From: an uncultured Bacilli bacterium
GTDB lineage: Bacteria; Bacillota_I; Bacilli_A; RFN20; CAG-826
Direction of reading: 5' to 3'
Assembly (NCBI GenBank): GCA_944350325.1
Contig: CALVOS010000030.1
Coordinates: 1 to 40,725, forward strand
Length of the DNA: 40,725 nucleotides
The stretch's first letter is position 1; each line of letters starts with the position of its first letter. The translations under genes were made by a program, and so were the position numbers. The notes under the pieces are model-generated. The model was not told where the DNA came from. It searched no databases and saw only the letters and a program-made list of their open reading frames with translations. Below, piece after piece: positions 27,002-35,840 of the stretch.

Positions 27002-28740
27002 GCGACGGACCCTCTCTGCATCTCGTAGATCTCGCGATACCCCTCGGAGCGTTCCAGGAGCTCCTCATGGCTTCCGCGGGCGCTGATCCGCCCGTCCTCG
27101 AGGAAGAGGATCTCGTCCATGTCCCGGAGCGATCCCACCCTCGAGGAGACGAGGAGGAGCCCCATGCCCCTTTCCCTAAGCCGGTCGAGGATCTTTCGTT
27201 CCGTCAGGTAGTCGAGGGCGGACAAGGAGTCGTCGAGGACGAGGAGGGGGCTCCCCCGCAGGAAGGCGCGGGCGATGAGGAGCCTCTGCCTCTGCCCGCC
27301 CGAAAGGTTCGCTCCTCCTTCCTCGACGGGATGGTCGAGCCCGTCGTCCCACTTCAACACGTATTCCCAGGCCTCCGCGTCCTTGAGCGCCTGGATGACC
27401 TCTCCCTCGCTCGCGCCGGGCCTTCCAAGCAGGACGTTCGAGCGGATCGTCCCCTTGAAGAGGGAGGGCTTCTGGGAGACGTACCCTTCCGCGCGGTGGA
27501 GCTGGGGGAGCGAGAGCTCCCGCTCGTCGATCCCGCGGAAGAGCACCTTCCCATGGGAAGGGTCGCGGAGCCGGAGGGCGAGGGAGAGAAGGGTGCTCTT
27601 CCCGGAGCCCGTGGGGCCGATCAGCCCCACCCTTCCCCCTTCCTTGAGGGAGAAGCTGATCCCGGAGATGACCTCGCGGTCCCCCTTCTCGCCGAAGGAG
27701 AAGGAGACGTCCTGGAATTCCAGAAGATTAACCTTGGATTCTGCAGGGATTTCCTTCATGTCCCCGTCGACGATGTCGGGGGTTAGGGAAAGGAAGGCGT
27801 CGATCCTCTTCTTCGAGCTCATCGCCTTGTTCAGGGAGACGATGAGCCTCGAGAACATGACCATGGCCTGGAGCGAGTGCGTGAGATAGGAGATAAGGGA
27901 GACGATCTCGCCGGTGGTCAGGATTCCCCCTCCCTCCGCCAGACCGCCGAGGTACACCACGAGGATCATCCCGAGATCGACGAGGAAGAAGGTTCCGGGC
28001 GAGACGAGCGCGTTATAGACGGCCATGCCCATGTTCTTCCTCTCGTAGGAAAGGAGGGATTGCGAGAAGCGGGCCTCCTCCATCTCTTCCTGGTTGAAGG
28101 CGCGGATATGGCGCGCCCCGCGAAGGCTGTCGTTCGCGTGGCTGGAAATCTCATCAAGATTGGCCTGGATCGCGCCGTACTTTCTCGGCGAGACGAGGAT
28201 GACGACCAGGAAGATGAGCGCGGAGAGGAGGATGACCGCCCCGAAGATGATCCCGGCGCGATAGTCGATGAGGAAGGAAAGCGCGAAGGACCCGATGAGG
28301 AGGAAGGGCGGACGGAAGATGAGGCGCATGAACATGTTCACGCCCGACTGCATGTTGAAGGAATCACTCGAAAGGATGGTGGTTGCCTTGTCCTTCCCAA
28401 AGCGTGAGAGCTGCCCTTCGGAAAGGAGGGTCATCTTCTCGAAGATCGCCCCTTTGAGGGCATGGCCGTAGTCGGCGGCGACGCGCGAAGAAAGGTACTG
28501 CGCGAAAAGCGTGATCCCGAAGCCAAGGAAGGCGAAGGAAAGGATGACTCCCCCGAGGCCAAGCGCGAGGCCCATGTTCCCCTTGGCGATGCCCTCGTCG
28601 ATGATGTAGCGGATGAGGAAGGGCGTCAGCAGCTCCGTCGCCACCTCAAAGAGCTTCAGGGCAGGGGCAAGGAACGTCTTAAAGAGATAGGGCCTGAGAG
28701 GGACGAGCGAGGGCGAGGCTTTCCTATGCATGTCAGTCAC
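26998..28740 (-). CDS. ABC exporter half-transporter (TMD-NBD), subunit with degenerate Walker B/H-loop
   Basis: GPTGSGKST, LSGGQRQR, VLDDS (no catalytic Glu), VSSR (no His); pattern of TM287/288-type heterodimers. Start could be 28731. Confidence 0.92.
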   Translation of the reverse strand: MTDMHRKASPSLVPLRPYLFKTFLAPALKLFEVATELLTPFLIRYIIDEGIAKGNMGLALGLGGVILSFAFLGFGITLFAQYLSSRVAADYGHALKGAIFEKMTLLSEGQLSRFGKDKATTILSSDSFNMQSGVNMFMRLIFRPPFLLIGSFALSFLIDYRAGIIFGAVILLSALIFLVVILVSPRKYGAIQANLDEISSHANDSLRGARHIRAFNQEEMEEARFSQSLLSYERKNMGMAVYNALVSPGTFFLVDLGMILVVYLGGLAEGGGILTTGEIVSLISYLTHSLQAMVMFSRLIVSLNKAMSSKKRIDAFLSLTPDIVDGDMKEIPAESKVNLLEFQDVSFSFGEKGDREVISGISFSLKEGGRVGLIGPTGSGKSTLLSLALRLRDPSHGKVLFRGIDERELSLPQLHRAEGYVSQKPSLFKGTIRSNVLLGRPGASEGEVIQALKDAEAWEYVLKWDDGLDHPVEEGGANLSGGQRQRLLIARAFLRGSPLLVLDDSLSALDYLTERKILDRLRERGMGLLLVSSRVGSLRDMDEILFLEDGRISARGSHEELLERSEGYREIYEMQRGSVA

Positions 28741-30187
28741 CGATCAGCTGGGCAGGATCCTCTCCGTAGCGGACGTCGACGACGAGGGCGAAGTCCGAGC
28801 GGTCGCCGTTCCGGAAGAAGCAATAGGAATCGAAGCCTTCCTCCCCGGTCACCACCATGAAACAATCGAAGTCCGCCCTCTCCCCCACCGTGACGCCGAC
28901 GACATCCTCGAAGCGGAAGGCGATGTCGCAAGGACCTTCCCTCTTCTCGAAAAGGACCTTGCCCGCCTCGATGTCGACAAGAAGAGGCGCCCGCTCGAAA
29001 TGGCAGATGACCTCAAGCGACCCGTCCTCATCCGGATGGTCCTTCCTCACAAAGACGGCATGGGGAGTCCGGTCGAAGAGGCGGAAGCCCTCCTCGGCAT
29101 CGGAAAGAAGCGAGTCCGCCAGCACGAAGCCCGTGTAGGCGAAGGGCAGGCTCCAGTCGAACCGGCCCGCCCAATAGCGCTCCCTCGCCTCAGGAAGGCG
29201 CTTCTCGATCTTCCTGACGATGGACTCTATCCCAGGGTAGCCGACCTCGAGGCGCTGGGCGGCCTCGACGAAGTGAAGCGCGATGAGCCCGTAGAGGATG
29301 GCGGAGAAGTAGCTCTTCTCGTCGTAGGCCCTCTGGAACCAAAGGGCGAAAAGATAAAAGTAGGGCAAGGGCTGCAGGTCATGGAGGACCGACAGCATGG
29401 ACAGGAGGCCGGAGGCCTGCTTCCGGAGCGAGGCGCTCGCCACGAGAAGGTCCTTGTCCATCCCGATCCCGTACTCGTAGCAGTAGGCCAGGGCCAGGGT
29501 CGCCCACGGGGCGTTGAGGGCGACGGCGTCCGTGACGTACAGGATCAGGGAGTCGCCGTTCATCTCCAGCGTCTGGCCGCAGTAGGCGCGGGAAAGCTCG
29601 CTCCAGACCAGAAGCATGAGCTCATCGGGATCCAGGAAGAGGTCCGCGTTGTCCTCGAGGCACCGAACCGCCTCCCCAACATCGCGCCGGAATCCGAATT
29701 CGCCGCGAATAAGGGACTGGTAGCGAATCGCGTCCAGCATCTTCCGGGGGCCACGGGAAAGCCCCCCATGCTTGAGGAGGTCCGTAAGGGCGTCCCGGAT
29801 CGCCTCCTTCTCCTTACGCTTCAGCTCTCCGCTGGGGCGGTGCGAAGCGACGTAGACGAGGTAGGAGTAAAGGTAAGGGGCGAGCGCCTCGTCGATCGGG
29901 CGCTCCGCGACCAGGGCCTCCTGCATCGCGCGGAGGTCGTCCCAGCCCTTGTTCCCAAGGGCGCGAGACGGGATGACGAAGCTATTTCCGCAAACGGGGC
30001 AGCGGGCGCTGAGCTGCCCGTTCCCGTGCTCCGCCCAATCGTGGATATCCTTGGCGGGAAAGGTCTCGCAGCAGACGAGGCAGCCGCAAGTGCCTCCCTC
30101 GAGGATGTATCCGTCGTTGGCGCGCGTAAGGGCAAGGGCATCGAGCGCGTCTTTCCTCAGGGAGGATGGTTTTCTCTTTGATGCCAT
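28733..30187 (-). CDS. Hypothetical protein with Cys-rich putative Zn-binding N-terminus and SEL1-like repeats
   Basis: CGCLVCCETF...W...CPVCG; ATLALAYCYEYGIGMDKDL; TGGTAAAAT 6 nt upstream of the ATG. Confidence 0.68.
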   Translation of the reverse strand: MASKRKPSSLRKDALDALALTRANDGYILEGGTCGCLVCCETFPAKDIHDWAEHGNGQLSARCPVCGNSFVIPSRALGNKGWDDLRAMQEALVAERPIDEALAPYLYSYLVYVASHRPSGELKRKEKEAIRDALTDLLKHGGLSRGPRKMLDAIRYQSLIRGEFGFRRDVGEAVRCLEDNADLFLDPDELMLLVWSELSRAYCGQTLEMNGDSLILYVTDAVALNAPWATLALAYCYEYGIGMDKDLLVASASLRKQASGLLSMLSVLHDLQPLPYFYLFALWFQRAYDEKSYFSAILYGLIALHFVEAAQRLEVGYPGIESIVRKIEKRLPEARERYWAGRFDWSLPFAYTGFVLADSLLSDAEEGFRLFDRTPHAVFVRKDHPDEDGSLEVICHFERAPLLVDIEAGKVLFEKREGPCDIAFRFEDVVGVTVGERADFDCFMVVTGEEGFDSYCFFRNGDRSDFALVVDVRYGEDPAQLIGD

Positions 30188-30250
30188 GGCCGGATTTTAC
30201 CAAAGCAGGCCAATCCTTCCCATACGCGCGAGGGCCCTTATAATCGCCCC

Positions 30251-31270
30251 ATGGCCAAAAAGGAAAGCAAAGGGCTGGGCTTCTGGTCGCTCCTTGCAGC
30301 AGGAGTCGCACTGCTCCTGATCCTCGTCGGAAGCTTCCTCGACCTCCCGATCATGGAGAGCATCTACATCGGGGAGAACGCCTTTTCCCTGGTCTTCGGC
30401 CTCATTGGGTCGCTGCCTCTTTACCTTGTGGCGATATCCGGGGTTGTCCTTCTGGACAACTATTTTAGGAAATCCCCGCATTTCTCTGTCAAAGTCATCG
30501 GAAAGGTTATTTTGTTCCTGGTCCCGGGCGTTCTGGGCGTCCTCGTGGCCATCCAATCCCTGGACGAATACACCGGGAGCCTCCTCACCTCCCTTCTGAT
30601 CGCCATCCCGCTCGCCTATCTCGCCCTTTTCCTGTGGTGGATCCTCCTGAAGGAGGCAAGCCCGGAACGTTCCCTGGACGTTGCGATCGCCTTGCTTCTC
30701 GTCGCCGGGCTCACCTTCGCCCTCACCCATCTGGCCAAGGAGGTCGCGGAAAGGCCCCGCTACTTCTTCCTGAGGGAATACGGCACCATTCACTTCCGCG
30801 ACTGGTGGGAGTGGGGCTCGGGGCTGAAGGAGCTTTACCCCGACCTTGACTCCGACTGGTTCAAGAGCTGGCCCTCCGGCCATTCCTGCTGCGCTTCCGT
30901 GGCGTTGCTATTGCCCGTCCCCCTCTCCTTGGGGAAGAAGACCAAGGGCTTGGTCCCATGGGCCTATCCCATCGGGCTTCTTTGGTGGGCCCTCACGGCC
31001 CTCGCGAGGATGCTGGACGGCCATCATTTCCTCACGGACGTCGCCTTCTCCCTCCTGTTCACCGCGATCCTCCTGCTCCTTGTCGCCGTCCCTCTCCTCA
31101 GCCGCCAAGGGGATGAGGATGAAGAACCCAGGCGCCTCTTCCGCACGTCCGAGTACAGGATCCTGAGGCGGAGGGCCGACCTCGCCGTCGAGGAACTTGA
31201 CGATAGGGCCGTGAGGAAGATCCGGGCGAAGCGCGGGAGGAGGAAGAGTTCGCGCTCCTCAGGCGAATGA
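30251..31270 (+). CDS. PAP2-family membrane phosphatase
   Basis: C1 KEVAERPR, C2 PSGH, C3 ARMLDGHHFLTDV; multi-TM. Confidence 0.9.
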   Translation: MAKKESKGLGFWSLLAAGVALLLILVGSFLDLPIMESIYIGENAFSLVFGLIGSLPLYLVAISGVVLLDNYFRKSPHFSVKVIGKVILFLVPGVLGVLVAIQSLDEYTGSLLTSLLIAIPLAYLALFLWWILLKEASPERSLDVAIALLLVAGLTFALTHLAKEVAERPRYFFLREYGTIHFRDWWEWGSGLKELYPDLDSDWFKSWPSGHSCCASVALLLPVPLSLGKKTKGLVPWAYPIGLLWWALTALARMLDGHHFLTDVAFSLLFTAILLLLVAVPLLSRQGDEDEEPRRLFRTSEYRILRRRADLAVEELDDRAVRKIRAKRGRRKSSRSSGE

Positions 31271-32187
31271 CCAAGCCCTCCATGAGCAGAATGAACACGA
31301 CGAGCAAAAGAGGCGCCGCAGCCGTCCTCAAGGCAATCCCGCCCCGTGACGGAGCGAGGGGAAGGATCTTCGAAATCGACTTCCTCAGGGGGTTCGACAT
31401 CATCCTCATGGTGCTCATCCACCTCGTCTTCGCCTGGAGCAGCCAGTCTTCCGGGCTATTCGCATGGGAAGGCCCCGGCCCCCAGCCCGACTGGGTGATC
31501 GGGATGCGCTCCCTCTTTGATTCCGTCGGCTCCATGATCCTTGGCGGCAGCCTCTACTTCCTGGAGTTCTTCTTCTCGGGCCTTTTCGTCTTCCTCTCCG
31601 GGATCTCCTGCTCCTTCAGCCGGTCGAACGGACGAAGGGCCGCAGAGCTAGGGATCATCGCCCTCGGGCTTACCTATGCGGTGGAAGGGGCGGACTTCCT
31701 CTTCCATATCGGAGCGCACATCTATCTCGGAATCCTCCACGTCATTGCGCTTTCCCTAGCCCTTTACGCGCTTGTGGACCATTTCTTCCCCGACTGGAGG
31801 GTGACCTTCGGCGTGGCCATCTTCCTCGTCGTCCTCACCGGCATCACCGAATGGCTGCGGATCCGTACGGGCAGCCAGAGCGTCAACCTCGGCGATCCCG
31901 CCCAATGGAAGAACCTCTGGCTCTGCATCCTCGGCATCCGACGGACGGGGAGCGACTACTTCTCGACCACGAGGCTCAGCGCGATCCTCTTCCTCGGGGC
32001 GACGGTCGGAAAGCTCGCCTATGGCAAGAGGAAGAGCCGCCTCCCCGCCTCCTTCCCGACCGCATGGGGGAGGCCGATCGCCTTCCTCGGAAGGCACACC
32101 CTCCTCATCTACTGCGTCCATGTCCCCCTCATCTATCTCCTTCTCGGCATCCTGATGCTCCTTTCCGGCTATACGCTTAGAATCTGA
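31267..32187 (+). CDS. DUF1624 / HGSNAT-like membrane acyltransferase
   Basis: RIFEIDFLRGFDIILMVLIH, FVFLSGISC, GILHVI, FLGRHTLLIYCVH; ATGA overlap with PAP2 (start could be slightly downstream). Confidence 0.82.
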   Translation: MTKPSMSRMNTTSKRGAAAVLKAIPPRDGARGRIFEIDFLRGFDIILMVLIHLVFAWSSQSSGLFAWEGPGPQPDWVIGMRSLFDSVGSMILGGSLYFLEFFFSGLFVFLSGISCSFSRSNGRRAAELGIIALGLTYAVEGADFLFHIGAHIYLGILHVIALSLALYALVDHFFPDWRVTFGVAIFLVVLTGITEWLRIRTGSQSVNLGDPAQWKNLWLCILGIRRTGSDYFSTTRLSAILFLGATVGKLAYGKRKSRLPASFPTAWGRPIAFLGRHTLLIYCVHVPLIYLLLGILMLLSGYTLRI

Positions 32188-32194
32188 TCGGCCT

Positions 32195-33790
32195 ATGAGA
32201 ATCAACTCCCCCTACGAGCAATTCCTCCTCATGGCGGGCCGCCACCCAAGGAACGAGTGCGTGCGTTTCGAAGGAACGGTCATGACCTATAGAAAAGTCC
32301 TCCGGGGCGTCATGGAGGCGGCAAGGAAGCTGAGCGCCCTCCATGTGCGGCCCGGGGACGTCGTGGCCGTGGCCCTCCCGAACTGCCCGGAGTCAGTTTT
32401 CCTTTTCTACGCCATCAACTACCTCGGGGCCTGCTCCTACAACATCCATCCCCTGACCCCGCCCGAAGGGATGGCCGGCTTCCTCAGGAAGGTGGAGGTG
32501 AAGGCGCTCTTCGCGCTCAGGAACAACGCGAACAACTTCAGAAGGGCCCTTCCTTCCTCGCTCCCGGTCGTGTCCGTCAATCCTTATCGCGGCAGGAATC
32601 CCATCAAGTCCCTCGCGATCCAGTCCATGGGCGGGAAGGAGGAGTGCCTTCCCTACCATTCGCTCCCGGAGGAGGAGGCAAGGCCTGGGAACGTCCTCCC
32701 TGAGGACGACTGCGTCTTCCTGAACACCGGGGGGACCAACGGGGAGCCCAAGGTCGCCCGGCTTTCCAACCGTGCGATCAACTACACTGCCTCCCAGGGC
32801 TACGACCTCATCCGGGAGGACGTCCGCACGATCCACATGCTCACGGCGATCCCCCTCTTCCACACCTTCGGGCTATGCATGGGCGTCCACACTCCCCTCT
32901 CCCACGGCGCGAGCACCACGCTCATGCTGAAGTTCAACACGAAGGAGGCCATCCGCCATATCCGGAAGGGCCATGCCACCACCATCATCGGCGTCCCGGC
33001 CCTCTATAGCGCCCTCCTTTCGCGTGAGTCCTTCTACGGCCCGTGGCTCAGGAAGCAGATCGTTGCCTGGGTTGGCGGCGACACCTGCCCCGAGTCGCTT
33101 CTTGAGAAGTGGAACGGGACGATGAAGGCCTACGGCTCGAAGGCGAGGCTCTACGAAGGCTACGGGATGACCGAGACCACCGTCACCCATGTCAACTGTC
33201 GCTTCTACCATAAGGAAGGCTCCATCGGGAAGGCCTTCCCGGAGATCAAGGACGGCATTCTCGACCTCGATTCCATGGAGCTGGCAGGGCCTAACAAGGC
33301 AGGCGAGATCCTCATCGGCGGGCCGACCGTCATGAGCGGCTACCTGATGTCCCCCGAGCTGAACTTCTCCTCCCGGATCGAGCTGGACGGAACGCTTTAC
33401 TTCCGGACCGGCGACTATGGCTTCAAGGACGAGGAAGGCTTCCTGCACTTCAAGAACAGGATCAAGAGGGTCGTGAAGATCGCGGGGGAGGCCCACTGCC
33501 CGAGCGACGTCGAGCGCATCGCGGAGGAGGTCCCGGACGTCAAGGAGGCCTTCTGCTACGGAGTCCCCCACAAGATGAAGGGGCACATATTCCGCCTCGC
33601 GGTCTCCCTAGAGAGAACCGGCAGGACCAAGGACGAGATCCGTTCCGATATCCTTGGGAAGATCGCGAAGGAGCTCGCGCCCAGCTATCTCCCCGAGAGG
33701 ATCCTGGTCGTTGATCGCCTTCCCCGCACCTTCATCGGGAAGATCGATCCCAAGGCGTTCCAGCGCGAGATCGATCCCGAGATGGACTAG
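32195..33790 (+). CDS. Class I adenylate-forming enzyme (acyl-CoA ligase-like)
   Basis: NTGGTNGEPK, PLFHTFG, YEGYGMTET, RTGDYG, LPRTFIGKID. Confidence 0.92.
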   Translation: MRINSPYEQFLLMAGRHPRNECVRFEGTVMTYRKVLRGVMEAARKLSALHVRPGDVVAVALPNCPESVFLFYAINYLGACSYNIHPLTPPEGMAGFLRKVEVKALFALRNNANNFRRALPSSLPVVSVNPYRGRNPIKSLAIQSMGGKEECLPYHSLPEEEARPGNVLPEDDCVFLNTGGTNGEPKVARLSNRAINYTASQGYDLIREDVRTIHMLTAIPLFHTFGLCMGVHTPLSHGASTTLMLKFNTKEAIRHIRKGHATTIIGVPALYSALLSRESFYGPWLRKQIVAWVGGDTCPESLLEKWNGTMKAYGSKARLYEGYGMTETTVTHVNCRFYHKEGSIGKAFPEIKDGILDLDSMELAGPNKAGEILIGGPTVMSGYLMSPELNFSSRIELDGTLYFRTGDYGFKDEEGFLHFKNRIKRVVKIAGEAHCPSDVERIAEEVPDVKEAFCYGVPHKMKGHIFRLAVSLERTGRTKDEIRSDILGKIAKELAPSYLPERILVVDRLPRTFIGKIDPKAFQREIDPEMD

Positions 33791-34203
33791 AGGATCCGGC
33801 GGACCCTCTCCTCGAAGGGAAGGCCCTTGCACATGCGGATGAGGATTTTCTCGAAGTCGCTAGAGAACGGGTAATCGCGGAGCGATTCGACAGGGCACCA
33901 GAAGACTTCCCCCTCCCTGCTGCCAGAGAGGGCTCCCGTCCAGCTAGGGGAACGGAAGAGCCGTGCCCGGTGGACCTCTTCCCAGTCCCACACGAAGTCA
34001 CCAAGGCATTCAAGAGAAACAGGGGAAAGCCCTGTCTCCTCCCTCATCTCCCTCCGGCATGCTTCCTCTTCCCCCTCCCCGGGCTCGACATGGCCGCCGG
34101 GAAAGGTGAGTCCTGGCCAGTCGCACTTCCGCCTTTCCTGGACAAGGATTTCCCCGTTGGGGCGGTAGAGCATACACATGTTGGTGCGGATGATTGTCTT
34201 CAT
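33787..34203 (-). CDS. NUDIX hydrolase (MutT-like)
   Basis: Nudix box GGHVEPGEGEEEACRREMREETG; start MKTIIRTNMC (alternative start 34224). Confidence 0.88.
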   Translation of the reverse strand: MKTIIRTNMCMLYRPNGEILVQERRKCDWPGLTFPGGHVEPGEGEEEACRREMREETGLSPVSLECLGDFVWDWEEVHRARLFRSPSWTGALSGSREGEVFWCPVESLRDYPFSSDFEKILIRMCKGLPFEERVRRIL

Positions 34204-34260
34204 AATTCTCTTGACAGAAACCATTGCCTGTAAAATATCTTAGTCAATTCAAAAACGATT

Positions 34261-34848
34261 ATGGCAAGACCGAGGATCAAGAACCTGGACCAGAACATCA
34301 TCCATGAGGTGATGGAGATGTCCTACGAGGGAGGGCTCTCCCTGCTCTCGACGAAGAAGATCGCGGCGAGGCTCAAGATCAGCGAGCCCACCATCTTCGC
34401 CCACTTCGGTACCAAGGCGAAGCTTCTTCTTGCCGCATTCGCGGAGGCATGGAGCCTCGCCCCGGTTGACTTCGTCCTTCCCGGAGAGGATGGGGACGAG
34501 GAGTCCTACAAGGTCTTCCGGGAGCACTGCATCGGGGCGTCAGAAAACCCCCTGGCCTGCCGCTACGTCGCGAACTTCATGAAAAGCGACTACTACCACC
34601 GGTATTTCGAAGAAGCAAAGTCGATCATGAAGGTCTTCTGGGACAAGGTCACCGCGCTGATCCGGGGCAGGGATCCGACGATCGACGACAGGCATTGCGA
34701 GATGCTAGCGACGATCTTCGTCGAGAGCGCCGTCGCGAACCATAACAGCATCTGCGACCTGAACCTTTCGCAGGAGGAGTGCTATCTCCGCACGCTCTAC
34801 GAGTGCCGCTACTACGGGTTCACCTATCTCCTGAAAAACCATCGATGA
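34261..34848 (+). CDS. TetR/AcrR family transcriptional regulator
   Basis: MARPR...STKKIAARLKISEPTIFAHFGTK helix-turn-helix. Confidence 0.9.
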   Translation: MARPRIKNLDQNIIHEVMEMSYEGGLSLLSTKKIAARLKISEPTIFAHFGTKAKLLLAAFAEAWSLAPVDFVLPGEDGDEESYKVFREHCIGASENPLACRYVANFMKSDYYHRYFEEAKSIMKVFWDKVTALIRGRDPTIDDRHCEMLATIFVESAVANHNSICDLNLSQEECYLRTLYECRYYGFTYLLKNHR

Positions 34849-35840
34849 ACGAAGAGGCGCTCCGATCTCTCGCGCGGCTCACGAAGGCCCAAAGGGAATC
34901 CTTTCACGAGGCCGAACGGGTAAACTCCCTGCTCCTTGAGTCAAGGACGGCCAAGGAACTCGCTTCCATCAACGCAAGGGAACTTTCTGCGGATACCTAT
35001 AGAAAGAACCCAATCTATCGGCTCTTTTTGGAACATAGGGAAGCAATCCCCTCCCTCGTCTGGACAAGCTACAAGCCCCTCGAGCCCTTCCTCTACGAAG
35101 AGGCGGGGACCGATCCGAACAACATCGCAAAGACAAGGTCCAGCGTAGGCTACTTCAAGGAGGAGTTCCCTTTCCCGGCGCTAATCGACAAGCGGGACGA
35201 GACAGTGTGGATGAGCCTCATCCCTCACGAGATGAACACCATGGAGAGGCACCTCAAGGAGGTCTCGGGAAACGTCCTCGTGCTTGGGGGCGGTCTTCTC
35301 TATTTCCCCCTCATGGCTGCCATGAATCCGCGGGTCAAGTCCATCCGCGTCATCGAGATTGACCAAGAAATCCTGGATATCGATAGGAATATCCTCGGCA
35401 TAACCCCATTAAGCGAAAAGATTTCCCTTGAGGAAGGCAATGCGATCGAGCTTTCCCGGAACACCTCTTCCTATGACCATGTTTTCGCGGACCTCTGGCA
35501 TATGGCGGAGGACGGAATTCCCCCATATCTCGCCCTCCTGGAGAACGAAAGGGAAAACCTAGGAACCAAGTTCCACTACTGGATCGAGGAGGAGATGATC
35601 ATCTACCTGAGGGAATGCGTCCTTGTCTACCTTGAGGAAGTCGCTGACGGGCTCCCCGCCAAGGAGCCGGAAGCCTATGAGGACTACGAAGGGCAGCCTG
35701 TCTCCGAGGCGATCGTCCACGCGCTCAGAAGGATGCGAATTGAGGAAGGAGTCAAGGACACAAAGAGCCTTCTTCGGCTTTTATCCAGGGATTCGATCCG
35801 AAATCTTGCGAAGGAAATCCGTCCGGACTGGCAGGACTAG
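34845..35840 (+). CDS. Class I SAM-dependent methyltransferase / spermidine synthase-like protein
   Basis: WMSLIPHE, GNVLVLGGGLLYF, IRVIEID, YDHVFADLW; ATGA overlap with the tetR stop. Confidence 0.68.
   Translation: MNEEALRSLARLTKAQRESFHEAERVNSLLLESRTAKELASINARELSADTYRKNPIYRLFLEHREAIPSLVWTSYKPLEPFLYEEAGTDPNNIAKTRSSVGYFKEEFPFPALIDKRDETVWMSLIPHEMNTMERHLKEVSGNVLVLGGGLLYFPLMAAMNPRVKSIRVIEIDQEILDIDRNILGITPLSEKISLEEGNAIELSRNTSSYDHVFADLWHMAEDGIPPYLALLENERENLGTKFHYWIEEEMIIYLRECVLVYLEEVADGLPAKEPEAYEDYEGQPVSEAIVHALRRMRIEEGVKDTKSLLRLLSRDSIRNLAKEIRPDWQD

Noticed and set aside
34204-34260. TTGACA (plus) and TTGACT (minus) boxes as divergent promoters or a TetR operator
   Set aside because: Spacing to the best -10 candidates is off (14 or 19 nt) and there is no convincing palindrome; probably regulatory but cannot be resolved.
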